Positions 1 through 9,622 of a DNA stretch of 64,000 nucleotides are shown here, piece after piece. Positions within the stretch are counted from its first letter, which is position 1; every line of letters begins with the position of its first letter. Where the stretch lies: NCBI GenBank assembly GCA_964384105.1, contig CAYLJV010000001.1, positions 96,001 through 160,000 of the forward strand, written 5' to 3'. Made by a program: the position numbers and the translations under genes. The notes under the pieces are model-generated. The model worked only from the letters and a program-made list of their open reading frames with translations, made no database searches and was not told the origin of the DNA. This stretch comes from Candidatus Hadarchaeota archaeon (GTDB lineage: Archaea; Hadarchaeota; Hadarchaeia; Hadarchaeales; JAGGTB01).

Positions 1-1851
1 TGAGATTAAGTCTTTTACATCAGGTACAATTCCGATGGCGGTAATCAGTAGTGTTGGAGTAATAGGTCCATATGGGGATTCGTTGTAAAGGCTATCTTTT
101 CCAGATATAAATGGGGTTTCCAAGGAACTTGCAATGTCATAACATGCTTTACAAGCTCTTACTAGTTTTCCCAGTTGTTCGGGTTTCTCTGGGTTTCCCC
201 AGGTGAAGTTATCTAATAGAGAAATCCTTCTGCCGCCTACTGCTACGTTGTTTCTAATTGCTTCTTCTATACTGGTTGCAGCCATCCAATATGGATCTAT
301 TTTTCCGTAATTGGGGGTTATTCCGCTGGATACTACTATTCCTTTTTGAGAGTCCTCGAATGGTTTTAATACCGATGCGTCATTGGGTCCACTGTGCTTT
401 CCTTGTAGTGGTTTTAGAATAGTGTTTCCCTGTACCTCGTGATCGTATGTTCTGATTACGGATTCTTTGCTCGAGATATTTGGGGAGGATAAGAGTTTCA
501 ATAGTATTTCCTCTAAATCTTCTGGTTCTCGTAAGGTTGGCTCTTTTAGTCCAGGTTTACTCCAAACCGCTTTTCGTGAGATTTTTGGTGGGTTGAATAG
601 AAATTCTAAATTGAGATTCATGATTAAGTGATCCCTATAGTTTACTTTGAGTCTACTCCCTTCGGTAAATCGGCCTATTGCAACTGCTTCTACTTCTTCG
701 CTTTCAAAAATATCGAGAACTTTTTGAAGGTTCTCCTCTTTTACAGTTAGAAACATTCTTTCTTGTGATTCAGATATCCATATTTCCCAGGGTGACATGT
801 TGGAATGTTTTAGTGGAACCTTTTCAAGTTCGATCTCTGCCCCACAATTTGCCTCTTCCGCAGTTTCTCCTATTGCAGAGGAAAGGCCTCCTCCTCCAAG
901 ATCGGTAATAGCCGTTCCGAGACCCTTATCTCTTATTCTTATTATTGCTCTTCTCAATTTCTCTTCTTCTATAGGGTTGGCTATCTGTACGGCGGGTCTT
1001 GATTCTTCTTCAGATTCTTCTGTTAGTTCTACAGATGCGAAGGTGACTCCGTGTATACCATCTTTTCCGGTTCTACCTCCTGCCAAAACTGCGATGTTCC
1101 CCGGTTCGGGATTTTTAATGTAAGACTTTTTGGGAATGGTCCCTATACACCCGCAGTATACTGCGATGTTCCCTACGTATCCTTCGTCAAAGCAAATTGC
1201 CCCATTTACAGTTGGGATCCCTATATTATTACCATAATGTCCGATACCGTCAACAACTCCCCTCAATAAAAATTTCGGATGTTTCGTCCCCTGAGGTAAT
1301 TTTTCATCGTCATAGTCAGGTGGGCCGAAGCATAAGACATCTGTGTTTGCTATAGGTCTAGCCCATACTCCAAGAATATCTCTTATAACTCCTCCAATCC
1401 CAGTGGCCGCTCCTCCGAAGGGTTCTATAGCCGATGGATGATTGTGAGTTTCTACCTTTGCGGCTACTGCTCTCTCTTTATCAAATTCTACTATTCCTGC
1501 GTTATCTTCAAAAACTGATATGCACCAGTCCTTTCCCGATTCCTCTGTGGCTTTTTTGATATAATCTCTGAATAGATTTACTTTTTCTCCATCGTAGTGT
1601 ATTTCTCCTTTGAATGTTCTGTGATAACAGTGTTCTGACCAAGTTTGTGCGATAGTATGTAGTTCGACATCTGTAGGAGCTTTACCTCTTTTCGAAAAGT
1701 GTTTTTTGCATTTTTTCATATCCTCGAGGCTTAAAGCTAGTCCAAGGTCTTTACTTATCTTCGAAAGTTGAGAGTTATCGGCTTCGGAAATTTTTATTTC
1801 AAAGAAATCAAAAGGGGCATCCTTTTTGACAAATAGTGAGGGTTTATTCAG
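1..1851 (-). CDS. purL: Phosphoribosylformylglycinamidine synthase subunit PurL (3' end runs off the window)
   Basis: Manual translation of the minus strand gives TWSEHCYHRTF, KVETHNHPSAIEPFGGAATG and FISGKDSLYNE motifs. The start is uncertain (CTG 1851 behind GAGGTGG, or TTG 1866). Confidence 0.95.
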   Translation of the reverse strand, partial: MNKPSLFVKKDAPFDFFEIKISEADNSQLSKISKDLGLALSLEDMKKCKKHFSKRGKAPTDVELHTIAQTWSEHCYHRTFKGEIHYDGEKVNLFRDYIKKATEESGKDWCISVFEDNAGIVEFDKERAVAAKVETHNHPSAIEPFGGAATGIGGVIRDILGVWARPIANTDVLCFGPPDYDDEKLPQGTKHPKFLLRGVVDGIGHYGNNIGIPTVNGAICFDEGYVGNIAVYCGCIGTIPKKSYIKNPEPGNIAVLAGGRTGKDGIHGVTFASVELTEESEEESRPAVQIANPIEEEKLRRAIIRIRDKGLGTAITDLGGGGLSSAIGETAEEANCGAEIELEKVPLKHSNMSPWEIWISESQERMFLTVKEENLQKVLDIFESEEVEAVAIGRFTEGSRLKVNYRDHLIMNLNLEFLFNPPKISRKAVWSKPGLKEPTLREPEDLEEILLKLLSSPNISSKESVIRTYDHEVQGNTILKPLQGKHSGPNDASVLKPFEDSQKGIVVSSGITPNYGKIDPYWMAATSIEEAIRNNVAVGGRRISLLDNFTWGNPEKPEQLGKLVRACKACYDIASSLETPFISGKDSLYNESPYGPITPTLLITAIGIVPDVKDLIS

Positions 1852-2098
1852 TTTTATCCACCTCAAATTTGTAGTCGTCTTTGACGGGATTTGCTAATAG
1901 TTTTCTGCAGAATTCTTCGGTCTTTTCTTCTGCTATTTCTTTTGTTTCTGCCTCGATTTCTATTTCGTAAACTTTGGCTGTTGATACGCTTTTCACTTTG
2001 TAACCCATATCTTTCAAGGCCTTTTCGGTGGTTATACCTTCAGAGTCCATATATCCTGGTTTTAGTTTCACCTCAACTCTGGCATGGTAAGATTTAAT
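1844..2098 (-). CDS. purS: FGAM synthase subunit PurS
   Basis: VKLKPGYMDSEG...LLANPVKDDY. The frame extends to ATT 2098, directly behind the RBS GGAGGTGG, with an in-frame TAA immediately upstream. Confidence 0.92.
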   Translation of the reverse strand: MKSYHARVEVKLKPGYMDSEGITTEKALKDMGYKVKSVSTAKVYEIEIEAETKEIAEEKTEEFCRKLLANPVKDDYKFEVDKTE

Positions 2099-2112
2099 TT
2101 ATACCACCTCCT

Positions 2113-3261
2113 TTAGCTATAAACAAATTTTCCGAACTGGCTATTGATTGTTACTTTGTTTTTTTGGCTGTTCGTCTCGCACCTGCCAATTATCTTTGCC
2201 CCAATATTGAAGCTCTCCGCTATTTCTAGAATCTCTTCTACATAGTTCTTTCTTACTATTATTTCGAAACCGGTGCCCATATTAAAATCCTCGAACATTG
2301 CCCTCCAACTTTCTTTGGAGGATTCTTTAATTAAGTGGAATATAGGATCAGGTTCTATTATATTATTTTTTATGAAGTGGATTTTTTCCCCTATTGCAAG
2401 TGATTTCGTTTGACCACCGCCAGTATTATGGACTATGCCTGTTATGTATGGATGGTGTTCTTTCAAAATCTCTTTTATTATCGGAGCAAATAATCTAGTT
2501 GGCGAAATTATTGCTTCCCCTATTGTCATTCCGAGTTCTTCTGAGTATTCATCGAATTCGAATTCTCCATAGTAACCCCGCCCCGTGCCTTCTATTTCAG
2601 GATACTTCTCTTCGTATTTTTTCTTCATGAGTGAATGTCTGGCTAAAGTAATACCGTTACACATTATTCCACTGTTCTCTTCTTTTTCATAGCTGGCTTT
2701 TCCACCGCTTCTTAGACCCACTATTAAGTCCCCTTCTTCAATTTTTTCCCCAGTAATCACTTCGGAGAGTTTGATTCTACCATATATAGTTCCTGAAACG
2801 TCCAGTGTCTCTAGCTGGTCAGGTAAGTCGGCGGTTTCGCCTCCTAGGAAAGAGATCTTGATACCTTGATCTTTCAGGCAGTCTAAAGCTTTTTTAAATC
2901 CGGAATTCAAAGCGGCTAGGGATTTCTTTTTCGGTATTTTTTTCTTATTTAGAGCTATGTAATCTACGAAGGCTATCGGACGGGCACCTATACTAATCAG
3001 GTCATCGACGTTCATTGCTAAAACATCTTGTCCAATACTTTCGAAATACTTTTCTTTCCCTGTTTCTTTCCAATGCAGATAATTTTGTACGGGTTTACTT
3101 CCTGCCCCATCAGTATGTAGGACTATTCCTTCCTTTTCATTGTCGGGGTCTTGTCCTACTGTACAAAATGCATTTGGGAAGAGGTTATCGAGGGATGATT
3201 TGAATACTTCTATTCCTTCTTTTTTTGCATCAACACCCACTTCCTCATATTTTGTGTTCAT
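2113..3261 (-). CDS. purM: AIR synthase PurM
   Basis: HTDGAGSK, AMNVDD, GGETA, HNTGGG and FNMGTG motifs; located in the purine operon. Confidence 0.93.
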   Translation of the reverse strand: MNTKYEEVGVDAKKEGIEVFKSSLDNLFPNAFCTVGQDPDNEKEGIVLHTDGAGSKPVQNYLHWKETGKEKYFESIGQDVLAMNVDDLISIGARPIAFVDYIALNKKKIPKKKSLAALNSGFKKALDCLKDQGIKISFLGGETADLPDQLETLDVSGTIYGRIKLSEVITGEKIEEGDLIVGLRSGGKASYEKEENSGIMCNGITLARHSLMKKKYEEKYPEIEGTGRGYYGEFEFDEYSEELGMTIGEAIISPTRLFAPIIKEILKEHHPYITGIVHNTGGGQTKSLAIGEKIHFIKNNIIEPDPIFHLIKESSKESWRAMFEDFNMGTGFEIIVRKNYVEEILEIAESFNIGAKIIGRCETNSQKNKVTINSQFGKFVYS

Positions 3262-3967
3262 TCCATACCTCCTCGAAAAATTTGTCTATTTCCCAGCTTT
3301 TTCTTTGTCTTTTTATGAAATCCGATTGTCTTTTTCTCCATTTTTCTTCCCATCGGTCTTTATAATCTATTTTTACTTTTCCGTCTTCTACCTCAAGTCT
3401 TTCGTCTACGTGTAGCTGTATAGCTTTTGAGTACAATCTATGTTCAAAGATTAGTATACGTTTGGAAAGAGTCTCTTGTGTGTCATCTTCTTTAACTGGT
3501 ACAGGATGTTGGAGTATAATAGGCCCAGCGTCAACTTTCTCGGATGCATAGTGGATGGTACACCCTGTAACTTTTACTCCAAATTCTAATGCCTGTTTCT
3601 GTGCGTTTAGACCTTTGAAGGATGGCAAAATGGAAGGATGAATGTTCATTATTCTTCTTTTGTATTTTCCTATAAGATGAGAGCCTAGTATTCTCATAAA
3701 CCCTGCGAGTATTACAAGATCGACATCTCTATCTTCAAAGATTTCGTCTACTTTTTCCTCAAATTTCTTCTCTTTACTTCCGAATTCCAAAGTTTGATAG
3801 GGTATGCCAAAATTCTCCGAGATTTTTATTGCATTCGCTTCAGGGTTATCGGTGATTAAGACTTCTGATTCTACATTTTGTAGCACATTTAATTCAATAT
3901 GCTCTAGGATCGCTTTGAAGTTGGATCCTCTTCCAGAAGCTAAAAAGCCTAGTTTTCTTTTTGACAA
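3245..3967 (-). CDS. purN: Folate-dependent GAR transformylase PurN
   Basis: ASGRGSN, LAGFMRIL, NIHPSILPSFKG and VDAGPII motifs. Confidence 0.95.
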   Translation of the reverse strand: MSKRKLGFLASGRGSNFKAILEHIELNVLQNVESEVLITDNPEANAIKISENFGIPYQTLEFGSKEKKFEEKVDEIFEDRDVDLVILAGFMRILGSHLIGKYKRRIMNIHPSILPSFKGLNAQKQALEFGVKVTGCTIHYASEKVDAGPIILQHPVPVKEDDTQETLSKRILIFEHRLYSKAIQLHVDERLEVEDGKVKIDYKDRWEEKWRKRQSDFIKRQRKSWEIDKFFEEVWNEHKI

Positions 3968-4046
3968 TGTATCACATCGGTACTTACAGTTCTATTTTGA
4001 CGAGTGATATGAAAAGTTTTTATCAATTTTAACAAAAGAGGAAGTC

Positions 4047-4640
4047 TCATCTACAGCTCTTATCACGGGTTTTTATGATTCTTTTCTCTGTAATGATTTT
4101 ATGGACTGGAACATCTGTTTCAGTGTGAGGTATTTCCTTCGAAATTTGGAAATCGAAAGCTAGAACGATGAAGTCAGTGTCGTTAGAGGCCTTCCTTAGA
4201 AACCTATCGTAGTATCCCTTTCCGAAACCAAGCCTGTTACCTTCCAAATCAAAACCTAGACCTGGAACGAATATTACTTCTACTTTTTTTATTGGAAACA
4301 GTCTTTTTTTATCTTTTCTTGGTTCTTTTATGCCGAATTTACCTTTTTCTAAATCTTTCTCAAAATTCTTCAATAATGAGAGTTTTAATTCTGAGCCATC
4401 TACGAAAGGAACTAGAATTTTTTTGTCCTTTTTTATCCACGATTTTATCATTTCTTCTGTTTCTACTTCTCCAGCTTTCTTCTTTGCTACATATATCGAT
4501 ATATTTTGTTTTGATTGAAATTCTGGCAGTTCTATTATTTTATCATGTATCTTTCTGCTTTTTCTAAGGACTTCTTCTCGGGTTAGCTTCTTTCTTTTTT
4601 CTTTTAGTTCCTTTCTCTTAGATTCCTTCCTCTTTTTCAT
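4047..4640 (-). CDS. 5-formyltetrahydrofolate cyclo-ligase
   Basis: FGIKEP, VPGLGFD and GNRLGFGKGYYDRFL motifs. The start may be 4640 or 4658. Confidence 0.93.
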   Translation of the reverse strand: MKKRKESKRKELKEKRKKLTREEVLRKSRKIHDKIIELPEFQSKQNISIYVAKKKAGEVETEEMIKSWIKKDKKILVPFVDGSELKLSLLKNFEKDLEKGKFGIKEPRKDKKRLFPIKKVEVIFVPGLGFDLEGNRLGFGKGYYDRFLRKASNDTDFIVLAFDFQISKEIPHTETDVPVHKIITEKRIIKTRDKSCR

Positions 4641-5490
4641 CGATTTCAATTTTTTCACCAGATGCGATCATAATGTTCTCTAGTAACATAGTTCTTGTCA
4701 TAGGGCCGACTCCCCCAGGAACGGGTGTTATGTGAGATACCCTATCTTTAATTTTTTCGAATTCAACATCTCCGTAAACCCCTTCTTCTAGGTAATTCAT
4801 ACCCACGTCTATAACTACCGAGTTTTCTGGTATCATATCCTCTGTCACAACAAAATCTGGTCTTCTCCCAACCGCTGTAATAAGAACATCTGCGGATAAG
4901 GTGTGCTTTTTGATATCTTTAGTTTTCGAGTGGCATATAGTTACTGTGGCATCCCTATCAAGCAAAAGTTTGGAAAGAGGCTTCCCGACTAGTCCGCTCC
5001 TATTTATTATCACAGCTTCTTTGCCCTTTAGATCTATATTATAGTATTCTATTAATCGGAGTATTCCTTTTGGTGTACAGGGAGTTAATCCATTTTCTGG
5101 AGCACTCGACCAAAGCTTCCCTATGTTGTATGGGTGGAGACCGTCTACATCCTTTGATGGCAATATTTTCTCAAGTATTTCAAATTGCTCAAGATGTGGT
5201 GGAATTGGAAGTTGAACAATTATTCCGGTTATGTGCTTGCTTTCGTTTAATTTTTTGATAAGTTTCAGAATTTCTTTTTGACTGGTGTCGGAAGGTAAAT
5301 TGTATGCTTCAAATCCGATTCCGACTTCTTTGCAGTCTTTTCTTTTTAATTCGACGTATTTTTTCGAGGTGGGATAGTCACCTATGAGTATCGGGGCTAA
5401 AGTTGGTTCTTTTTCTGAAGAGTCTAACTTTCTCCTGATTCTTTTCCTGATCTTCTCTGCAAGTTTTTTTCCATTTAGTAGAGTAGTCAT
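4618..5490 (-). CDS. folD: Methylene-THF dehydrogenase/cyclohydrolase
   Basis: GIIVQLP, KDVDGLHP, PCTPKG and TPVPGGVGPMT motifs. Confidence 0.96.
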   Translation of the reverse strand: MTTLLNGKKLAEKIRKRIRRKLDSSEKEPTLAPILIGDYPTSKKYVELKRKDCKEVGIGFEAYNLPSDTSQKEILKLIKKLNESKHITGIIVQLPIPPHLEQFEILEKILPSKDVDGLHPYNIGKLWSSAPENGLTPCTPKGILRLIEYYNIDLKGKEAVIINRSGLVGKPLSKLLLDRDATVTICHSKTKDIKKHTLSADVLITAVGRRPDFVVTEDMIPENSVVIDVGMNYLEEGVYGDVEFEKIKDRVSHITPVPGGVGPMTRTMLLENIMIASGEKIEIDEKEEGI

Positions 5491-5499
5491 GTTATCGCT

Positions 5500-6966
5500 C
5501 TAAAATTTCAATTCTTCAGCTTCTTTTTCCATATTTTCTTTTTTGGAGAGAATGGGATTAACAACATCATCCAAAAATTTTTCGCAACGTTGTGGTGCGT
5601 TCCCGATGTGTTGCGAGGGGTCTAATAGGTCTTTGATCTCTTCTTCAGAAAGTTCGGATCCTACAATTTCGTCCTCTTTTAAAAGTTTGTACAAAGGATT
5701 TTCTTTGTCTTTCATAACTTCCTTCCAAGCCTTAGACGAAATTTTTCTGAGCCTTTCGTGCATTTCTTGTCTATCTTTTCCCCTTTCTGCTAATTTCATA
5801 AGAATAGCCTCGGTTCCGGAGAATGGGGCATATTTTTTAAGATTTTTTTCCACACCTTCTGGATAGATTTCTAGGTCTTTGATTATATTTTGGTAAAGGT
5901 TCAGACATTCGTCTACTGCTAAGAAACTTTCCGGGATTATTATTCTTCGGTTTGCAGAATCATCTAAAGTTCTTTCTAGAATTGTCTGAGAAGCGTTTTC
6001 CCAAGCTACTCTGGGAAGTGTCATCACATATCGTGTTAGTGAGCACATTCTTTCTGAGGTTATTGGATTTTTTTTGGAAGGCATAGCAGAAGAGCCTACT
6101 TGTGATTCCTTCATTGGTTCTGACATTTCTGCATATAGTGGAGATTGTAGATGCCTAAGATCGAGAGCGAATTTATGTATGCTTTGAGCTATGCTGGATA
6201 AGATTGAGAGTACGAGTCCATCTATTTTTCTGGGGTAAGTTTGTGTAGAGACAGAGAATGAATCAATTCCTAGTTTATCCATCACTTTTTTTTCCATTTC
6301 GGTAGGATCGTTTTTCTCCCCCAGCAGTTTTTGATAGCTGGCGGAAGTTCCAACTGCTCCTTTGATTCCTTTTCCTTTCAGGATTTTTTTGAAAAGGAAT
6401 TCTATCGATTCGATGTCTAATACTAAATCCTGGGCATAGTTTGCGAATCTATAACCAAGCGTCGTGGGTTCTGCAGGTTGTAAGTGGGTCCAACCCATAC
6501 AGGGAACTTCTTTATATTCCTCTATGCGGTTTGAGAGTAGTTTGAGACAATTTATTAACCTAACAAGAATTAATTCCATCCCTTGTTTCATTCTTAAAAT
6601 ATCGGCGTTATCTTCGATGTCCATTGAGGTGGCTCCGAGGTGTATTTTTCCTCCACCTTCAGGACATTGTTCAGCGTATGTTTTTACTTCGGCCATCAGA
6701 TCGTGTCGGATTTCCTTTTCGATTTCATGAGCTCGATCTATGTCAATATTTTCGAATGAAGCCTTTGATTTAAGATCTTCTAACTCCTTTTTCGAAACTA
6801 GTCCGTATTCAGCTTGTGCTTCTGCTAACGCTACCCATATTTTCCTCCAAATAGTTCTGTAATTCACTTCCGAAAATATTTCTCGCATTTCTTGGCTTCC
6901 GTATCTCCACGTAAACGGAGAGAGGAAATCGTTGTAATCGAATTTTTCATTGCTCATTTTAATCAA
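5500..6966 (-). CDS. purB: Adenylosuccinate lyase
   Basis: HLGATS, THLQPAEPTT and GSSAMPSKKNP motifs. Confidence 0.95.
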   Translation of the reverse strand: MIKMSNEKFDYNDFLSPFTWRYGSQEMREIFSEVNYRTIWRKIWVALAEAQAEYGLVSKKELEDLKSKASFENIDIDRAHEIEKEIRHDLMAEVKTYAEQCPEGGGKIHLGATSMDIEDNADILRMKQGMELILVRLINCLKLLSNRIEEYKEVPCMGWTHLQPAEPTTLGYRFANYAQDLVLDIESIEFLFKKILKGKGIKGAVGTSASYQKLLGEKNDPTEMEKKVMDKLGIDSFSVSTQTYPRKIDGLVLSILSSIAQSIHKFALDLRHLQSPLYAEMSEPMKESQVGSSAMPSKKNPITSERMCSLTRYVMTLPRVAWENASQTILERTLDDSANRRIIIPESFLAVDECLNLYQNIIKDLEIYPEGVEKNLKKYAPFSGTEAILMKLAERGKDRQEMHERLRKISSKAWKEVMKDKENPLYKLLKEDEIVGSELSEEEIKDLLDPSQHIGNAPQRCEKFLDDVVNPILSKKENMEKEAEELKF

Positions 6967-7069
6967 TTCTTTAAGTTTTCAGAATATTTGTGACCAATAA
7001 ACTGAGTATTATCTAAACCTAAATGCATTTTGGCGTTTTCCGGTTCTCTAATAGTTATCACCTTAATTT

Positions 7070-8302
7070 TTATGCACCAAATTTCTCAAGCCAGTTGCTA
7101 TAACCAAAAAGAATTGGGGCCACATTTCCGCTTATTCTTCCCAATCCCCCATTTGGAGCGTTTTTCTCGTCGAATTTCTCGACTCGGTCTTGAGATACAT
7201 TCGGTCCCGCAAATAACATTGGTACCGGATCGGATACATGGTCACCATATACTATGGGCGTAGTATGGTCTCCTGTGAAAGCTATGTGTGTCTCGTTCCA
7301 GTCTAGGTTGTCTAAGAGATATTTTGCTACTCGATCCACTTTTTCTATATATTGGATTTTCTTTTCGGCGTCGTGGTCGTGTGCGCAGGAGTCGGCACCT
7401 TTCATATGGATAAAGACAAAATCTGTTCCTTTATTTATCTCTTTAACTGCCAACTTCGCTTTGTTTATAATAGGGGAGTCAGCTCCTCCGGTGACTCCTT
7501 CAGCTTTTTTGAATTTAAGTCCTATCGATTTTCCTACACCTGTGTAAAGAGAGCCACCTGATATTACGACTCCATTGATCCCGTAAAGATCTTTAAGAGT
7601 GGGAAGGTCTGGATTTATCGCTGCTCCTCTTATCAAGAGAACGTTTGCAGGTAATTTACCCTCTTCTTTTCTTTTTTTGTTAATTGGTAGGTCCTTCAGA
7701 ATTTCGTAAGATTGTTTTACTAGGTCATTAACTATATCGGCTGTTTTTTTGGATGATTTTCGGTCGTCTGTAGGTTGAGATTTGTTGATTTTCTTTCCCG
7801 TTTCATGGGGGTCAACATCTGTTATGGAGCCAGAGAGTTCGGACCCTCTGAGAACCAGTGCTCCTCTGTGCTCTACGCTGGTTTTGAACTCGATTTCAAC
7901 GTTTGAATCTTTAGGTTTCAGGTTCTGCAAAGCTTCTTCGAGTTTTTTCTGTCCTTTTTCGATTCTTCCTGCTCTTCGATCTTTAACTACAAAGTTTTCG
8001 TCCACGGTCCCAAAATTTGTCCTGAAGCTTACATCCCCCTTGTTCGGCTTTAGCCCGGTTCCTAATGCTTCAAAGACTCCTCTTCCTGTATAGTACTTGT
8101 ATGGATCGTATCCAAATATAGAAAGATGAGCTGTGTCGCTTCCAGGTCTGACACCGGGTTTTATTGGGTCCAATAGGCCGACAGCTCCTATTTCCGCTAA
8201 TCTATCAAGATTTGGGGTTTCAGCGGCTTCTAAGCACGTCTGGCCGTTATAGTCTGTTGGTCTTCCCCCAAGGCCGTCTGTTATTAATAATAGTGCCTTC
8301 AA
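7070..8302 (-). CDS. apgM: 2,3-BPG-independent phosphoglycerate mutase (archaeal type)
   Basis: DGLG, PGSDTAHLSIFGY, GRGVFEA and TGDHTTP motifs. Confidence 0.94.
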   Translation of the reverse strand: MKALLLITDGLGGRPTDYNGQTCLEAAETPNLDRLAEIGAVGLLDPIKPGVRPGSDTAHLSIFGYDPYKYYTGRGVFEALGTGLKPNKGDVSFRTNFGTVDENFVVKDRRAGRIEKGQKKLEEALQNLKPKDSNVEIEFKTSVEHRGALVLRGSELSGSITDVDPHETGKKINKSQPTDDRKSSKKTADIVNDLVKQSYEILKDLPINKKRKEEGKLPANVLLIRGAAINPDLPTLKDLYGINGVVISGGSLYTGVGKSIGLKFKKAEGVTGGADSPIINKAKLAVKEINKGTDFVFIHMKGADSCAHDHDAEKKIQYIEKVDRVAKYLLDNLDWNETHIAFTGDHTTPIVYGDHVSDPVPMLFAGPNVSQDRVEKFDEKNAPNGGLGRISGNVAPILFGYSNWLEKFGA

Positions 8303-8434
8303 GTTTTCTCCCCCTCAAAAGGAGTGCTTTGGGTTTAGAAAAAACTTTCGCTGTTTACTTTTAATTAAGAAAATATTTTAGCTTGATAACTACCTTAAAA
8401 GAGAGAATAAAAGGATGGAACTAAATAGATATTT

Positions 8435-8529
8435 GGGCCCGTAGCTCAGTCCGGATGGAGCGCCTGGCTTCGGTTCCTGATATTGGAGGAGAAACCAGGA
8501 AGTCGGGGGTTCAAATCCCTCCGGGCCCG
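8435..8529 (+). tRNA. tRNA-Arg(TCG) with a 20-nt intron at 37/38 (8474-8493)
   Basis: Acceptor GGGCCCG/CGGGCCC; anticodon stem CCTGG/CCAGG; CT-TCG-G; BHB central helix CTTC/GGAG; TTCAAAT T-loop. Confidence 0.93.
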
Positions 8530-8624
8530 CTTTTATTAAGATTTCTTACCTTCACCCTTTAGGTAGTTCCTTGGTATACTTTGCCGATCACTATTTACCT
8601 ATTTAAATACTCAATAACCTGTTT

Positions 8625-8698
8625 GGGCCGGTAGTCTAGCTTGGATAAGACATGGGCCTCCGGAGCCCACGACCCGGGTTCAAATCCCGGCCGGTCCG
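8625..8698 (+). tRNA. tRNA-Arg(CCG)
   Basis: Cloverleaf with anticodon arm TGGGC-CTCCGGA-GCCCA. Confidence 0.95.
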
Positions 8699-8701
8699 TT
8701 T

Positions 8702-8727
8702 CTTTTTGTTATGGGTGTAACAAAAAG
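8702..8727. repeat. Palindrome CTTTTTGTTA-TGGGTG-TAACAAAAAG (copy 1); possible bidirectional terminator or protein-binding site
   Basis: The 24-nt core is identical to the copy at 39906-39937. It lies between convergent genes. Confidence 0.65.
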
Positions 8728-8763
8728 TTCTGTTTATAAAGGCTCTTTTAGTGAAAAAGGGAA

Positions 8764-9186
8764 TTATCCCACATAGTTTAGTTTATTTGAGGCTTCAGAG
8801 TTTCCTTGAGATTTTGAACTTGGAAGGGGCACAGGTGGGGGAATATTTAGGGTTCTAGAAAGTATTGTTGCTTCAACTATAGATTTGTTAATCACATTTT
8901 GGATGACATAGTTTGGTGGCTTTTCTTTTTCTTCGTATTTCTCCCGAATTTTATCAAGTTCTGATTTTTCTCCTTTAACTTGTACATCTCCTCTAAATGT
9001 TATCTGAGCAACAGATGGATTATAACCTATATTTACTACAAAAGGCATCGAGAGAGATCCTTCTTTTGATTCTAGGCCTACAATGTTTAAACTGGTCGAG
9101 ATCTGAACTTTTTGGGGGGGAGACTTATTTTCGTCCCAAAATCTCTCGGCTGAAATATTCTTTATATTGACTCTAACTTGACTCAT
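8764..9186 (-). CDS. Hypothetical archaeal protein (SecB-like beta/alpha pattern)
   Basis: 140-aa ORF with alternating beta-strand pattern, then a helix and a PPPVPLP tail. Confidence 0.7.
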   Translation of the reverse strand: MSQVRVNIKNISAERFWDENKSPPQKVQISTSLNIVGLESKEGSLSMPFVVNIGYNPSVAQITFRGDVQVKGEKSELDKIREKYEEKEKPPNYVIQNVINKSIVEATILSRTLNIPPPVPLPSSKSQGNSEASNKLNYVG

Positions 9187-9315
9187 GTATCTCGCTTATT
9201 TCTAACAATGCTGATGGTTAAAGTTCTTATCCTCCTATGTTTATTCTACTTTTTTCAAGGAAGTAATTCTTTAGACAAATTTTTTATGAGTTATTTTCTG
9301 AGAATGTAAGTAAAA

Positions 9316-9457
9316 GGGGCCATAGTGTAGCCAGGCTAACACAGCAGGCTCCAGCGGAATTAGAATTAAACTTGCTGATGGTCAAGATGATGACCTGCTG
9401 GAGCGAGGATTCTGAAGAAACCTGCGACCCCCGGTTCAAATCCGGGTGGCCCCACCA
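9316..9457 (+). tRNA. tRNA-Trp(CCA) with a 65-nt intron at 37/38 (9355-9419), CCA end encoded
   Basis: Acceptor GGGGCCA/TGGCCCC-A-CCA; anticodon stem GCAGG/CCTGC. The intron contains CTGA, ATGATGA and an antisense TGCTGGAGC. Confidence 0.93.
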
Positions 9458-9622
9458 TTTTATCTTTAATGATAGAAGAATAATTCGTTTCAGTATCCAG
9501 TGATTTTGCCTGACTTAAGCGGGTGATAAACTATTTTTATTCTTTAGGTAACAAAAGATTATTCAATTTCTAAATAACAAGTTTTTAATGTTTGAATACA
9601 AGCTAATCGGTGAGTTGTCAGT

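Noticed and set aside
8702-8727. Palindrome as a dif/Xer site
   Set aside because: The arms end in TTA and start in TAA, the reverse of the dif consensus (TAA-N6-TTA), and there are multiple copies. Kept only as an unexplained motif.
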